Assembly (NCBI GenBank): GCA_050294405.1
Contig: JBNKOC010000003.1
Location: 8,083-72,082, forward strand
DNA: 64,000 bases
Direction: 5' to 3'
From: Fibrobacteria bacterium
Lineage (GTDB): Bacteria; Fibrobacterota; Fibrobacteria; UBA11236; JADFYW01
Shown: piece after piece, positions 20,092 through 30,621 of the stretch
Position numbering within the stretch: the stretch's first letter is position 1
Layout of the letters: each line of letters starts with the position of its first letter
The notes under the pieces: generated by a model
What the model was told of the DNA's origin: nothing
Seen by the model: only the letters and a program-made list of their open reading frames with translations
The model's database searches: none
Translations under genes and position numbers: made by a program

Positions 20092-21285
20092 ATGAAAAAA
20101 TGGTTATTACTAATTCCTATGCTGCTCGTTTTTTTGAGCGGGTGTTTTAATAAAGATAATGTTACTGGAAATTCGTCTCAGACAGGGAATTCTGACATCG
20201 AATTAACTGGCCGTGTTTTGGATAAAAATGGGAATCCAATTGATGGGGTGGTCGCCCATTTGGCGAGGACAGGCCTAACTGATACGACTGATAACCAAGG
20301 AAGATACTTGATAATGGGGGATATCTCCGAGTCCTCTAAAAAATTATCCGCCGAAGAGGTGCTGGATACATTGGTGTTTGTTCAGGATGGTCAATATGTT
20401 GCCTATTTGGATGTGGAAAAATGGGTAGACACGCTTCCTGATGTAAGGCTTGTCCAACGTAATTTTTCCGGTTCACTATCAGGGCCAACACAGGATGTTT
20501 ACAAGGTAGAGGCTATTTTAAATGGCAATGGAATCCTAGTGGATAACCCTGTGGTGGCAGAACTTTTTTATAATAAACCCTCTAATGAATTCAGCGGTTT
20601 CATTTATTTTCCTAATGGTAAAAATACCATGTATTATGAAATATACGTTAATGTGTATAATGAAGATGGTCAGTTGATGAGCAAAAGCGATGTTCTTTTT
20701 TTTAACAGCAAGGCGGGGGATATAACTTTACCCAGTTTTCATGCTAAAACATTGCTCCCTATCGCTATGGCTGGAAACGACATAACAGCATCCATCAAAG
20801 ACACTCTGACTCTTAATGGTATGGTCGATGATAACTTCCTTGGCACAGTAACTCAATGGGAGTGGAATATTGGTGGTAAAGGATTTGAAGAAACAACTTC
20901 AGGCGAAGTGACTATTGGCTTACCTGATGTTGCAACTCCTGAATATTCGAGTGTCCTGCGTGTAACTGATGATAATGGAAATACTTCTGAGGATACTGTT
21001 TTAATTCAGGTACTGCAAGATGCTCCCAATGTTATAATTACGGGAGACTCGGCTGGAGTTGTTAATGACACTCTTTACTTTAATGCCGATGCCACTGATG
21101 TATACGGGAAAATTTTAAAATATCGATGGAGTGATGGAATTGGTAGTGGAGTCGACGATTCCACAGGGTCGGAGTTTATGGTGCATTTTTCGGAAGAAAA
21201 TGTTTATACCATAATTGTTGAAGTGGAAGATGACGATGGGAATATTGCTCAGGATAGCGTAAAAATCGAGGTGGTCGCGAAATAA
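20092..21285 (+). CDS. Lipoprotein with carboxypeptidase-regulatory-like and PKD-like domains
   Basis: Lipobox LSGC, then GNSSQTGNS; TGRVLDKNGNPI..TDNQGRY; PKD-like LRVTDDNG and VEVEDDDG. Confidence 0.8.
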   Translation: MKKWLLLIPMLLVFLSGCFNKDNVTGNSSQTGNSDIELTGRVLDKNGNPIDGVVAHLARTGLTDTTDNQGRYLIMGDISESSKKLSAEEVLDTLVFVQDGQYVAYLDVEKWVDTLPDVRLVQRNFSGSLSGPTQDVYKVEAILNGNGILVDNPVVAELFYNKPSNEFSGFIYFPNGKNTMYYEIYVNVYNEDGQLMSKSDVLFFNSKAGDITLPSFHAKTLLPIAMAGNDITASIKDTLTLNGMVDDNFLGTVTQWEWNIGGKGFEETTSGEVTIGLPDVATPEYSSVLRVTDDNGNTSEDTVLIQVLQDAPNVIITGDSAGVVNDTLYFNADATDVYGKILKYRWSDGIGSGVDDSTGSEFMVHFSEENVYTIIVEVEDDDGNIAQDSVKIEVVAK

Positions 21286-21495
21286 GTCAATCTCAATTGA
21301 AATCGGATTTAAATAAAATCATTGATTATTTTCAAATCTGTGTTATAATAATCAGAGTAAAGTAGCGTTTACAAAAAACTAAAAATTCACTGAATAGGCT
21401 TAATTCAAGTTGAGTTTTTGTGAAAATTTCAATGGGCGAGGCAGTATTCCCGCCGAGATTTTAAATCAATTGGGAATGTATTAGGAGGCCCGTCC

Positions 21496-23661
21496 TTGAC
21501 GTTAAAAAAATCCGACAAGATTCGAAGTATAATAGAGGAAATCTCGCTGGATACTGTTTTATTGGATTATGAAAATCCTTCTTCAATAGAGCAGGTGCTC
21601 GTAAAAATTGAAAGCCTAAAATCTTTAAATCTGTATCCAAAGGTTCAAGAACCCCTAACTAGGTGCAAAGAACTTGTTAACGGACTTTTAGAAGTGAAAT
21701 ACGATTCCTTTACATGGAATCAAAAACTTCTGGAAATTTCGAATCTTATTTCGGGGGTCAAAGAAATAGTTGCAAACACTCCGAGAAAAAAAAATAGGAG
21801 TTCCAAAAAGAAGGAAAGTTCATATGAAATCAATCCTGGGTTTAAATCAAATTCTAATGAGGATATTGAAGCCCCAATTGATGTGGAGAGCCTAGGTGAT
21901 ATTTCTCTTCTTCAGGACTTTATTTGCGAGTCAAAGGAACATTTGCTGGAAACAGAGTCTTTGCTTCTGGAGATTGAAGAAAATGTGGGGAATGCCAATG
22001 CTCTTGATGGGGTTTTCAGGGTTTTTCACACCATTAAGGGAACCGCCAGTTTTTTAGAAATAACCCCTATTAGGATTTTGGCTCATAAGGCAGAAAATCT
22101 TTTAGCAAAGGCCCGAGAAGGGGAAATTCTGCTTAAAGATGAATACATGGAGACGGTTTTTTCATCTGTTGAGGGAATGCGTAGAGAATTGGCCGCCTTG
22201 TCCATTGCGGTAGCGAAAAAAGGGAGCTATCTCCCCAGTCCAGATCTTAAGAATTTAATTGGTCAAATTAGCAGTCTTGTTGACAATGCAATAAACAGCC
22301 AAGTACAGGAAGTTAAATCGCTTGATGTATTGAGAAATAACATGCCGTTAAACCAGGAAAACAGTCGAGGGAACTCCAGTTCAAATCCTGAAAGGGCTAC
22401 CCCCTCTAATACCAATTTGTCTCTCAATGATTTTATTAAGGTAGATACAGGCCGGCTTGACATGTTGTTAAATATTATAGGAGAGCTGGTAATCACAGAA
22501 TCTATTGTCACTGGTGATCCGGAAATTACCCGAAGGGCCTCTATGAGGGTGCGAAAAAACCTCCACCAGCTAACTAAAATTACCAGAAACCTGCAAGAAG
22601 TTGGAACAACTCTTAGAATGCTAACATTGCGTTCCACTTTTCAAAAGATGAACATGGTAGTAAGAAACCTGGTTAAAAATTCAAATAAAAAAATCCAATT
22701 GGTTTCAATGGGCCAGGAAACAGAGTTAGATAAATCTATTATAGAGCATATCGGAGACCCCCTTGTCCATCTAATCCGGAATTGCGCAGACCACGGAATA
22801 GAATCTCCCGAAGAAAGAATTGCTGCTGGAAAACCGGAAGAAGGAACAATCTACCTAAGGGCTTTTCAAAAAAGTGGAAGCATATATATTGAAATAGAGG
22901 ACGATGGACGGGGTTTGGATAAACATGCCATCCTAAATAAAGGCAGAGAAAGAGGCTTTTTGCCGACACACATAATGCCTGATGATTGTGATATATTTCA
23001 AACCATTTTTAAGCCAGGTTTTTCAACCATGGAAACTGTGACCGATCTTTCTGGTAGAGGGGTGGGTATGGATGTGGTGAAAAAAAATGTGGACAAATTA
23101 AGGGGAAACATTGAGATCCAAACTGATAAAGGCCGAGGGACAAAATTTACCATTATCTTGCCTTTAACGCTGGCCATAATAGATGGAATGGTTGTGCGTA
23201 TAGCTAATGAGCGTTACATTATTCCAACACTTTCGATTATCGAGTCTTTTAGACCAAAATCAGAGGACTTAACGAGGGTGTTAGGTAATGGCACCTTACT
23301 TGAATTTCGTGGGAATCGAATACCTCTTTTATCCCTAAGCGATTATTTCGGCATTAATCGACTGGAAAATTCTACTTCAAATTCAATTGTTGTTGTAGTC
23401 GAAGTAATGAATAAATTAGTTGGCCTGGTAGTGGATAAACTGGAAGGACAGCAACAAACTGTAGTGAAAAGTCTAGGGGATGGGGTGCCCAAAATAGAAG
23501 CGGTATCCGGGGGAGCCATTATGCAAGATGGTTCCATATGTCTCATATTAGATATACCATCTTTAATTAACACAGCTTTGACTTCAAACAAAAAGTTTGG
23601 AGTTATTTCATCGAAAAATCTAAAAGAGGAAAATTATGAAAACGGAATCCATCTCCAATAA
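21496..23661 (+). CDS. cheA: Chemotaxis histidine kinase CheA
   Basis: Hpt FRVFHTIKG; DPLVHLIRNCADHG, IEDDGRG and SGRGVGMDVV; C-terminal CheW domain; AGGAGG RBS before a TTG start. Confidence 0.97.
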   Translation: MTLKKSDKIRSIIEEISLDTVLLDYENPSSIEQVLVKIESLKSLNLYPKVQEPLTRCKELVNGLLEVKYDSFTWNQKLLEISNLISGVKEIVANTPRKKNRSSKKKESSYEINPGFKSNSNEDIEAPIDVESLGDISLLQDFICESKEHLLETESLLLEIEENVGNANALDGVFRVFHTIKGTASFLEITPIRILAHKAENLLAKAREGEILLKDEYMETVFSSVEGMRRELAALSIAVAKKGSYLPSPDLKNLIGQISSLVDNAINSQVQEVKSLDVLRNNMPLNQENSRGNSSSNPERATPSNTNLSLNDFIKVDTGRLDMLLNIIGELVITESIVTGDPEITRRASMRVRKNLHQLTKITRNLQEVGTTLRMLTLRSTFQKMNMVVRNLVKNSNKKIQLVSMGQETELDKSIIEHIGDPLVHLIRNCADHGIESPEERIAAGKPEEGTIYLRAFQKSGSIYIEIEDDGRGLDKHAILNKGRERGFLPTHIMPDDCDIFQTIFKPGFSTMETVTDLSGRGVGMDVVKKNVDKLRGNIEIQTDKGRGTKFTIILPLTLAIIDGMVVRIANERYIIPTLSIIESFRPKSEDLTRVLGNGTLLEFRGNRIPLLSLSDYFGINRLENSTSNSIVVVVEVMNKLVGLVVDKLEGQQQTVVKSLGDGVPKIEAVSGGAIMQDGSICLILDIPSLINTALTSNKKFGVISSKNLKEENYENGIHLQ

Positions 23662-24157
23662 AACCGACGGAGTTTTGAATCCAATTTCCAATCTTGGAGG
23701 AAAATACCTCACCTTTAAGTTATTTGGCGAAACATACGGTTTAGATATACTTAAGGTTCAGGAAATTATAGGTATAATGGAAATTACCCGTTTGCCCAGA
23801 ACACCGGAATATCTGAGAGGGATAATAAACCTTCGAGGTAGGGTGATTCCAGTATTGGAACTGAGGGCGAAATTCGAACTTGAGTCCGTTGAAGATACAA
23901 AAAGAACCTGTATTATAGTAATGAGGATTCAAACCAGGGACAAAGATCTTATCATGGGGATTTTGGTTGATGAGGTTTCCGAGGTTTTGGATATAGCGCA
24001 TGAAGATATATCAGAAACACCTGAAATGGGTGAGGGAATTCGCACTGAATATTTATCCGGGATTGGGAAAGTCAATAAATCCGTTATCATGTTGTTAAAT
24101 ATCGAAAGAGTTTTGACAAACCAGGAATATTCAGAAATAGCGAATATAGGTCAATAA
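23636..24157 (+). CDS. cheW: Chemotaxis protein CheW
   Basis: GIINLRGRVIPV and GILVDEVSEV. Confidence 0.97.
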   Translation: MKTESISNKTDGVLNPISNLGGKYLTFKLFGETYGLDILKVQEIIGIMEITRLPRTPEYLRGIINLRGRVIPVLELRAKFELESVEDTKRTCIIVMRIQTRDKDLIMGILVDEVSEVLDIAHEDISETPEMGEGIRTEYLSGIGKVNKSVIMLLNIERVLTNQEYSEIANIGQ

Positions 24158-24188
24158 TAAATTTTTAATATAATCCAAGGAGCCGTCA

Positions 24189-26321
24189 ATGTTTAAAAGA
24201 ATGAAACTGACTACCAAAATCACGCTTGGTTTTGGACTTTCAGGAGCAGTCCTTCTAATAGCGGTGCTAAGCACCATGATAATGATGAATAGCATGAATA
24301 ATGTTACAAACCGTGTTGTGGAATTGCGGTCTCCTACAGCAATGGCCAGTATAGAAATGTTAAATGGAATGAATCAATCCCTTGCCGCGCTTCGAGGATG
24401 GATAATTCTTGGAGATAACAAATTTAAAGAGGAACGATCATTCGCCTGGAATGAAGGGATTGATAAATCTTTCAGTAATCTGAAAGCTTTGTCAAAAAAT
24501 TGGACTAATCCTGAAAATATAAATCGCCTGAAAAATATTGAGTCCAATTTGGGCGAGTTTAAAAAGTATCAAAAGGAAATTGAAGATATTGCTCAAACGC
24601 CCGAAAACCAACCTGCCCTAAAAATTCTTCTAACCCAAGCCGCCCCAAGGGCATCCATATTAGCAGAAAAAATTACTGATATAATTGATATAGAATTGGA
24701 ACAACCAGCCACAGATAAACGAAAAGCTCTTTTGGGCATGATGGCCGATGTTAGAGGAACAACTGGTCTGGCATTAGCAAATATCAGAGCTTTTCTTTTA
24801 TCAGGTGATAATAAGTTTAAAGAAAAGTTTACAGCCTTGTGGAAAAAGAATGCACGACGTTTTGCGGATTTACAAAACTCTCAAAACTTATTGACCCCTG
24901 AACAGAAACGGCATTTTATGGCATTTGCACAGGCAAGGACGGAGTTTGAGCCGCTGGTTCCAAAGATGTTTGAAATTAGGTCAGGCAAAGAATGGAACCT
25001 TGCTAATAACTGGCTTGGGACTAAAGCCGCTCCGATAGCTTATAAATTAACAACAAATTTGCAGGCGATGATGAAAGATCAAAAACAATTAATGTCAAAT
25101 GATTTAATCCTTGCCCAGAAAACATCCAAACAATTAAAAACAGTAGAATGGATATTGCTTATTGTTGGGCTTGGCCTGTGTGTTTTAATAGGGATAGTTA
25201 TTAGCAATTCTATTACACGTCCTTTTAAAGATATTTTTAAAGGCTTATCTACTTTCAGCACCCTCGAATTAGAACAAACCGGGGAACAGTTTAGAAACAT
25301 CATTGACAGTATGACTAAAGGGTCGGCTCAAGTTGCAGATGCATCTAACCAAGTTGCATCCGCCAGCCAGCAAATGGCCGAGGGAGCAAATGAACAAGCT
25401 TCAAGCTTAGAGGAAACTTCAGCATCGTTGGAGGAAATGGCTTCAATGACTAAACAAAATGCTGACAACTCAAATCAAGCTGATGTTGTTGCTAAAGCAG
25501 CTAAAGACTCCGCATTAAAGGGTATGGAAGCTATGGAAAGAATGTCTGGCGCAATTGAAAAAATCAAAGCTTCCTCGGATGAGACAGCTAACATCATTAA
25601 GACAATTGATGAAATTGCTTTTCAAACCAATCTTCTGGCTCTTAATGCTGCTGTCGAGGCAGCCAGGGCTGGCGATGCTGGAAAAGGGTTTGCTGTAGTT
25701 GCAGAGGAGGTTAGAAATTTAGCCCAAAGATCAGCTGAAGCAGCAAAAGATACATCAGTATTGCTGGAGGAATCCAAAAAAAATAGTGAAAATGGTGTAC
25801 ATGTTTCTAATGAAGTTGCGGAGATCCTTAAAGAGATTTCCGAAGGAAATGACAAAGTGGTAAAATTAATAGCCGAAGTGGCTGTCGCCAGTAACGAGCA
25901 GGCCAGAGGAATTGATCAAGTAAATGAAGCTGTAGCCCAGATGGATAAAGTGACCCAGGCTAATGCAGCCAATGCTGAAGAGTCTGCTTCCGCAAGTGAA
26001 GAGCTCTCCGCCCAATCAAGAGAACTCAAGGAGACTATGGAAGCGCTAATCCGCATTGTGGAAGCAAATGATGGCACAGGCAGAACTAATTTTAAACCGA
26101 GCCCTGTTGAAAACCATGTTCCCCTAAATCATATTTCTATGGGTAAAAAACACTCCTCTTCAAATATCCATCATTTATTTGAACATGTGTTGACAGATGA
26201 TCCTATCTCTGGTGGGCATCAGTTTCGCAGCAGTAACCATAACGGCTCCAAAGATAAAGCCAAAAATGTTAAACACGAACAAATTATTCCATTAGATGAT
26301 GACGATTTTAAGGACTTTTAA
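24189..26321 (+). CDS. Methyl-accepting chemotaxis protein
   Basis: Two TM helices; [35 protein letters not shown]-terminal pentapeptide-like DFKDF. Confidence 0.97.
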   Translation: MFKRMKLTTKITLGFGLSGAVLLIAVLSTMIMMNSMNNVTNRVVELRSPTAMASIEMLNGMNQSLAALRGWIILGDNKFKEERSFAWNEGIDKSFSNLKALSKNWTNPENINRLKNIESNLGEFKKYQKEIEDIAQTPENQPALKILLTQAAPRASILAEKITDIIDIELEQPATDKRKALLGMMADVRGTTGLALANIRAFLLSGDNKFKEKFTALWKKNARRFADLQNSQNLLTPEQKRHFMAFAQARTEFEPLVPKMFEIRSGKEWNLANNWLGTKAAPIAYKLTTNLQAMMKDQKQLMSNDLILAQKTSKQLKTVEWILLIVGLGLCVLIGIVISNSITRPFKDIFKGLSTFSTLELEQTGEQFRNIIDSMTKGSAQVADASNQVASASQQMAEGANEQASSLEETSASLEEMASMTKQNADNSNQADVVAKAAKDSALKGMEAMERMSGAIEKIKASSDETANIIKTIDEIAFQTNLLALNAAVEAARAGDAGKGFAVVAEEVRNLAQRSAEAAKDTSVLLEESKKNSENGVHVSNEVAEILKEISEGNDKVVKLIAEVAVASNEQARGIDQVNEAVAQMDKVTQANAANAEESASASEELSAQSRELKETMEALIRIVEANDGTGRTNFKPSPVENHVPLNHISMGKKHSSSNIHHLFEHVLTDDPISGGHQFRSSNHNGSKDKAKNVKHEQIIPLDDDDFKDF

Positions 26322-26338
26322 AAATTTAAGTCAATAAA

Positions 26339-27145
26339 ATGAATACTACTTCTTACGAAAAAATAAGGAAGATTATTTATGATCACAGTGGAATTACGTT
26401 AAGAGAGGGTAAAGAATCTTTAGTAAATGCGCGCGTTGGTAAAAGACTTAGAACACTGAATTTATCGGACCTCAGTGCCTATCTTGATTACATAGAAAAC
26501 GACTCAACCGGGCATGAAATTCTTAATCTTTTAGATGTAATATCTACTAATGTAACCAGCTTTTTCAGGGAGTCCGGACATTTTGATATTCTTAAAGATC
26601 TGATGTCCAAATGGATTGATAAGGGGCAGCGCAGGTTTCGATTCTGGTCTGCCGCCTGTTCCAGTGGAGAAGAACCCGTTACTCTGGCCATAACCCTGAT
26701 GGAAAATTTTTCACATGTCCCAGGGCTGGATATCCGTATTCTTGCTACCGATATTTCGACCAGAATTCTGGAAAAAGCCCGCATGGGGATTTATTCTAAC
26801 AGGCAGATGTTAGGCATTCCGGGCAATTTAAAGCAAAAATATTTTCGAAAGAAAACCTCATCCAAGGGAAACTTGTTCCTATTAAAAGAATCTATTAAGG
26901 CGCTTATTGTCTACAAAAGATTAAACTTAATACATACTCCATATCCGATGCCTGGTCCTTTGGATGCTATATTTTGCCGAAATGTGATGATCTATTTTGA
27001 TAATCCAACACGATTAAACTTATTAAAAGAGTCAGAGCGATTATTAAAGGATGGTGGTTATCTATTTGTGGGCCATGCAGAAAGTTTAACGGGTCAGCTT
27101 TGCGATTTAAAAAATATAAGGCCTTCGGTATATGCAAAACTTTAA
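26339..27145 (+). CDS. cheR: Protein-glutamate O-methyltransferase CheR
   Basis: TNVTSFFRE, WSAACSSGEE, ATDIS and IFCRNVMIYF. Confidence 0.97.
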   Translation: MNTTSYEKIRKIIYDHSGITLREGKESLVNARVGKRLRTLNLSDLSAYLDYIENDSTGHEILNLLDVISTNVTSFFRESGHFDILKDLMSKWIDKGQRRFRFWSAACSSGEEPVTLAITLMENFSHVPGLDIRILATDISTRILEKARMGIYSNRQMLGIPGNLKQKYFRKKTSSKGNLFLLKESIKALIVYKRLNLIHTPYPMPGPLDAIFCRNVMIYFDNPTRLNLLKESERLLKDGGYLFVGHAESLTGQLCDLKNIRPSVYAKL

Positions 27146-27176
27146 ATTTTCCATATAATCTTTTTAAGAATATCAT

Positions 27177-27674
27177 ATGAAAACTACACCAACTCAGTTT
27201 GTTACGGTAGTTGGACTTTCAGAATGTATAGTATCAAACGATCCGTTTGAGATTTTAATTACTCATTCTTTGGGATCTTGTCTTGGAATTAGCGCATGGG
27301 ATCCTATTGCTGGGGTAGGAGGTTTGATGCATTGCATGTTGCCCCTTTCCCGGATTGACAGGGAAAAAGCAAAGAAGTATCCCGCAATGTTTGTGGATAC
27401 GGGCTTTATCCATTTATTCCGTGAAATGAATTTAAGAGGCTCAAATAAAGAGGATGTGATTTTAAAAATTGCCGGATGCGGTCAAATTATGGATCCGAAA
27501 GGACTTTTTAATATTGGGAGCCGCAATGTCCAAGTTTTGGATAAATTATTGAAAAAAAATAATCTATCCATTAGCTCCCGCCTGATTGGGGGGGACTCTT
27601 CAAAAACTCTTGTTTTGAATCTAAGATCTGGAACAACTATGGTAAAAAACAATGGCATATATTCTGAAATATAG
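27177..27674 (+). CDS. cheD: Chemoreceptor glutamine deamidase CheD
   Basis: LGSCLG, GGLMHCMLP and NIGSRN. Confidence 0.95.
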   Translation: MKTTPTQFVTVVGLSECIVSNDPFEILITHSLGSCLGISAWDPIAGVGGLMHCMLPLSRIDREKAKKYPAMFVDTGFIHLFREMNLRGSNKEDVILKIAGCGQIMDPKGLFNIGSRNVQVLDKLLKKNNLSISSRLIGGDSSKTLVLNLRSGTTMVKNNGIYSEI

Positions 27675-27710
27675 CCTTCTTCTAATTGTTAAATTGTCAA
27701 GGAATCTAAA

Positions 27711-28748
27711 GTGATCCGAAAACCTGTTAGGGTTCTTATTGTGGATGATTCGGCTTTATTTAGGAAGGTCCTTCAAACCCAACTGGAAAAATATGAAGAT
27801 ATTGAAATTATTGGGACAGCATCCGATGTTTATGAGGCCCGGTATCAAATTATTGAAAATAAACCTGATGTTATTACTCTGGATATCGAAATGCCAAGAA
27901 TGGATGGGATTACATTTTTACATAAGCTGATGAAGAGCAAACCTCTACCGGTAATTATACTGTCTTCCCAAACCAATGCTGGTGGGAGCATGGCTCTGAA
28001 GGCGTTCGATGAGGGTGCAATAGATGTATTGGATAAACCTGCCAATAAATCCGAAGTAAATGAAATGGTAGAGTCCCTCCATGAAAAAATCCTCGGGGCG
28101 TCGCAAATTGATATTAACCAGTATCTTTTAAGTCTAAAACAAGCTCCGACTCAGATTACATCACGCTACCCAGGGCAAAGCAAGAGCCAGGCCATACTGG
28201 CAATTGGGGCTTCAACAGGAGGTACTGATGCAATACGGCGGATCTTAACAGCATTGCCTTCAGATGGCCCGCCAACCGTAGTTGTTCAACATATGCCTAA
28301 ACATTTTACCAAATCCTTTGCGGAAAGATTGAACCGGGAGTCGGCCATGTCTGTTAAAGAAGCCGAAAATGGGGATAGTCTGCGGCAAGGGCTGGTATTG
28401 ATAGCTCCGGGAGATTTCCATATGTTATTAAAAAAATCACCGGGTGGATACCGGGTTATTCTTAAGACTGGGCCCATGGTATACCATCAACGACCTTCTG
28501 TCGAAGTCCTTTTCAATTCAGTTGCTTCAGAGGCCCGCGAAAATGCGATTGGAGTAATCCTTACAGGAATGGGAAAAGACGGGGCCAAGGGGTTATTAAA
28601 AATGAAAGAGGCTGGGGCGCTCACACTTGCGCAAAGTGAAGAATCCTGTGTGGTCTTTGGAATGCCAAAAGAAGCCATTGACCTTGGTGCTCCTAAGTTG
28701 GTGCTGTCTCTTGACAAAATTCCCATCCGTATCCTGGCTGGGATATAG
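27711..28748 (+). CDS. cheB: Chemotaxis response regulator methylesterase CheB
   Basis: REC domain (VDDS, LDIEMP) plus GASTGG, VQHMP and LTGMGKDG. Confidence 0.97.
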   Translation: MIRKPVRVLIVDDSALFRKVLQTQLEKYEDIEIIGTASDVYEARYQIIENKPDVITLDIEMPRMDGITFLHKLMKSKPLPVIILSSQTNAGGSMALKAFDEGAIDVLDKPANKSEVNEMVESLHEKILGASQIDINQYLLSLKQAPTQITSRYPGQSKSQAILAIGASTGGTDAIRRILTALPSDGPPTVVVQHMPKHFTKSFAERLNRESAMSVKEAENGDSLRQGLVLIAPGDFHMLLKKSPGGYRVILKTGPMVYHQRPSVEVLFNSVASEARENAIGVILTGMGKDGAKGLLKMKEAGALTLAQSEESCVVFGMPKEAIDLGAPKLVLSLDKIPIRILAGI

Positions 28749-28767
28749 CCTGGTTTAAGATTAAAAT

Positions 28768-30426
28768 TTAGTCCAATTTATCTTCAGCTATATGCCATTC
28801 GAGGCTTTCAATTACGCTGAGTTCCACAATATTAGAAGCATTGCCTAGGAGAAGCTTACATTCCTTGCTTAAGTTAAGCAAATGGAGCTTTTTTTTATAT
28901 TGATTGTATTTATCAGTAATATTTTGCAGAGCTTCAATTCCGGAGTGGTCCCACACCCGGGCCTCCTTAAAATCAATAACAACGTGTTCTTTATCCTTTT
29001 TGAAATCAAAGATGTTTTTAAAGGAGTGAATGGACCCGAAAAACAATGGACCTTTTAGGCGGTACACGGTTCGTTCTTTGTAGTTATGCCGTTCCGCATC
29101 CATTTCTTTTCCATGCTTCCAGGCAAAAACCAACGCCGATATTATTATCCCTACAAATACGGCTATGGCCAAGTCAAAAAATACAGTAACTGTGGAAACA
29201 GTAACAATTACCAGCAAATCAGAACCCGGTATCTTTCCCAATAAACGCAGGCTGGACCATTCAAATGTGCCGATAACCACTAAAAACATGACACCCACTA
29301 AAGCAGCCAGGGGAATTCGTTCTATAAAGGAAGCGCCAAAAATTATAAAGATCAATAGAAAGACAGCTGAGGTTATTCCGGATAACCTTCCCCGGCCGCC
29401 CCCCCGAATGTTAATAATGCTTTGTCCTATCATTGCACAACCTCCCATACCCCCGAAAAAGCCATTGGCTATGTTGGCAAGACCCTGGCCAATACATTCC
29501 TTATTTCCCTTACCTCTGGTCTCTGTGATTTCATCAATAAGAGTCAAAGTCATCAAGGATTCAATCAGGCCTACGGAAGCAGCTAATATGGAATAGGGCA
29601 ATATTAACTTTATGGTTTCTAATGAAAAAGGAACATCAGGTAGTGAAAAGCCGGGAAAGCCTGCAGCCAAGGTTTGAATATTAGGGTTGCCGTCTTTTAC
29701 AAAATCCAAAACTACTTTAACAGAGCCCGGTGAAAATCTATTAATAACATATCCAATGATGGAGACGCTAACGATACCAGCAAGGGTTGCGGGAATAGCT
29801 TTAGTATATTTTGGAAGCACTATGCCAATGGCCATTGTGAGGGCTACAAGCAAAAGCATCAATAGCAACGGGACAGATGGAAGGATGTTTCCACCTTGAG
29901 TGAATTGTGAAAACTGCGACTTAAAAATTATTATGGCTAATCCATTCACAAAACCCAGCATTACAGGGTGGGGGACCAGTCTAATAAACTTTCCCAGTTT
30001 TAATGCACCAAAGGTTATCTGAATCATTCCCATTAATATGACGGCAACAAATAAATAACCTAAGGCGCTTTCCATGGATTCGGCAAAACTCAATCCCAAT
30101 GCCTGTTTTTTTTCCATTACCATTGCAATCATGGGTGCAAAAATAACGGCTACAGCGCCGGTAGCGCCTGAAATCATTCCCGGGCGTCCACCCAATACAG
30201 ATGTAATGAGGCCCATAATAAAGGCGGCATATAGCCCTACCTTGGGGTCCACGCCAGCAACAAAGGAAAAGGCTATGGCTTCAGGTACCAGCGCAAGGGC
30301 GACGGTTAAACCTGATAATATATCGTTCTTAATGTTCTGCGGTCGCCGAATGCGTATGGGGACCCATTTATTTTCTGTTTTGCTTAGTTCTCGGCTATTT
30401 TTTTTAGTGCTATCCGTATCAGTCAT
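28768..30426 (-). CDS. SulP family inorganic anion transporter with STAS domain
   Basis: SGLTVALALVPEAIAF, GGRPGMISGATGA, GGMGGCAMIGQS and GPLFFGS. Confidence 0.95.
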   Translation of the reverse strand: MTDTDSTKKNSRELSKTENKWVPIRIRRPQNIKNDILSGLTVALALVPEAIAFSFVAGVDPKVGLYAAFIMGLITSVLGGRPGMISGATGAVAVIFAPMIAMVMEKKQALGLSFAESMESALGYLFVAVILMGMIQITFGALKLGKFIRLVPHPVMLGFVNGLAIIIFKSQFSQFTQGGNILPSVPLLLMLLLVALTMAIGIVLPKYTKAIPATLAGIVSVSIIGYVINRFSPGSVKVVLDFVKDGNPNIQTLAAGFPGFSLPDVPFSLETIKLILPYSILAASVGLIESLMTLTLIDEITETRGKGNKECIGQGLANIANGFFGGMGGCAMIGQSIINIRGGGRGRLSGITSAVFLLIFIIFGASFIERIPLAALVGVMFLVVIGTFEWSSLRLLGKIPGSDLLVIVTVSTVTVFFDLAIAVFVGIIISALVFAWKHGKEMDAERHNYKERTVYRLKGPLFFGSIHSFKNIFDFKKDKEHVVIDFKEARVWDHSGIEALQNITDKYNQYKKKLHLLNLSKECKLLLGNASNIVELSVIESLEWHIAEDKLD

Positions 30427-30621
30427 GTATTTTTATCTATCTCCAAAATCATTAAAACCCTTTAAAGGTCTGAAAAGCTGGAGACAATAGTTGAGTATTG
30501 AAATTCCCAGCCGCTATTACGCACTCAGGATTGCAAGGGGCGAATCCAAAACTTTTTTGTGGATTCAGAAGCGTCTATAGTAATAACAAAGTCAGATTCT
30601 TCCAAATTTAAATTGGGAAGA

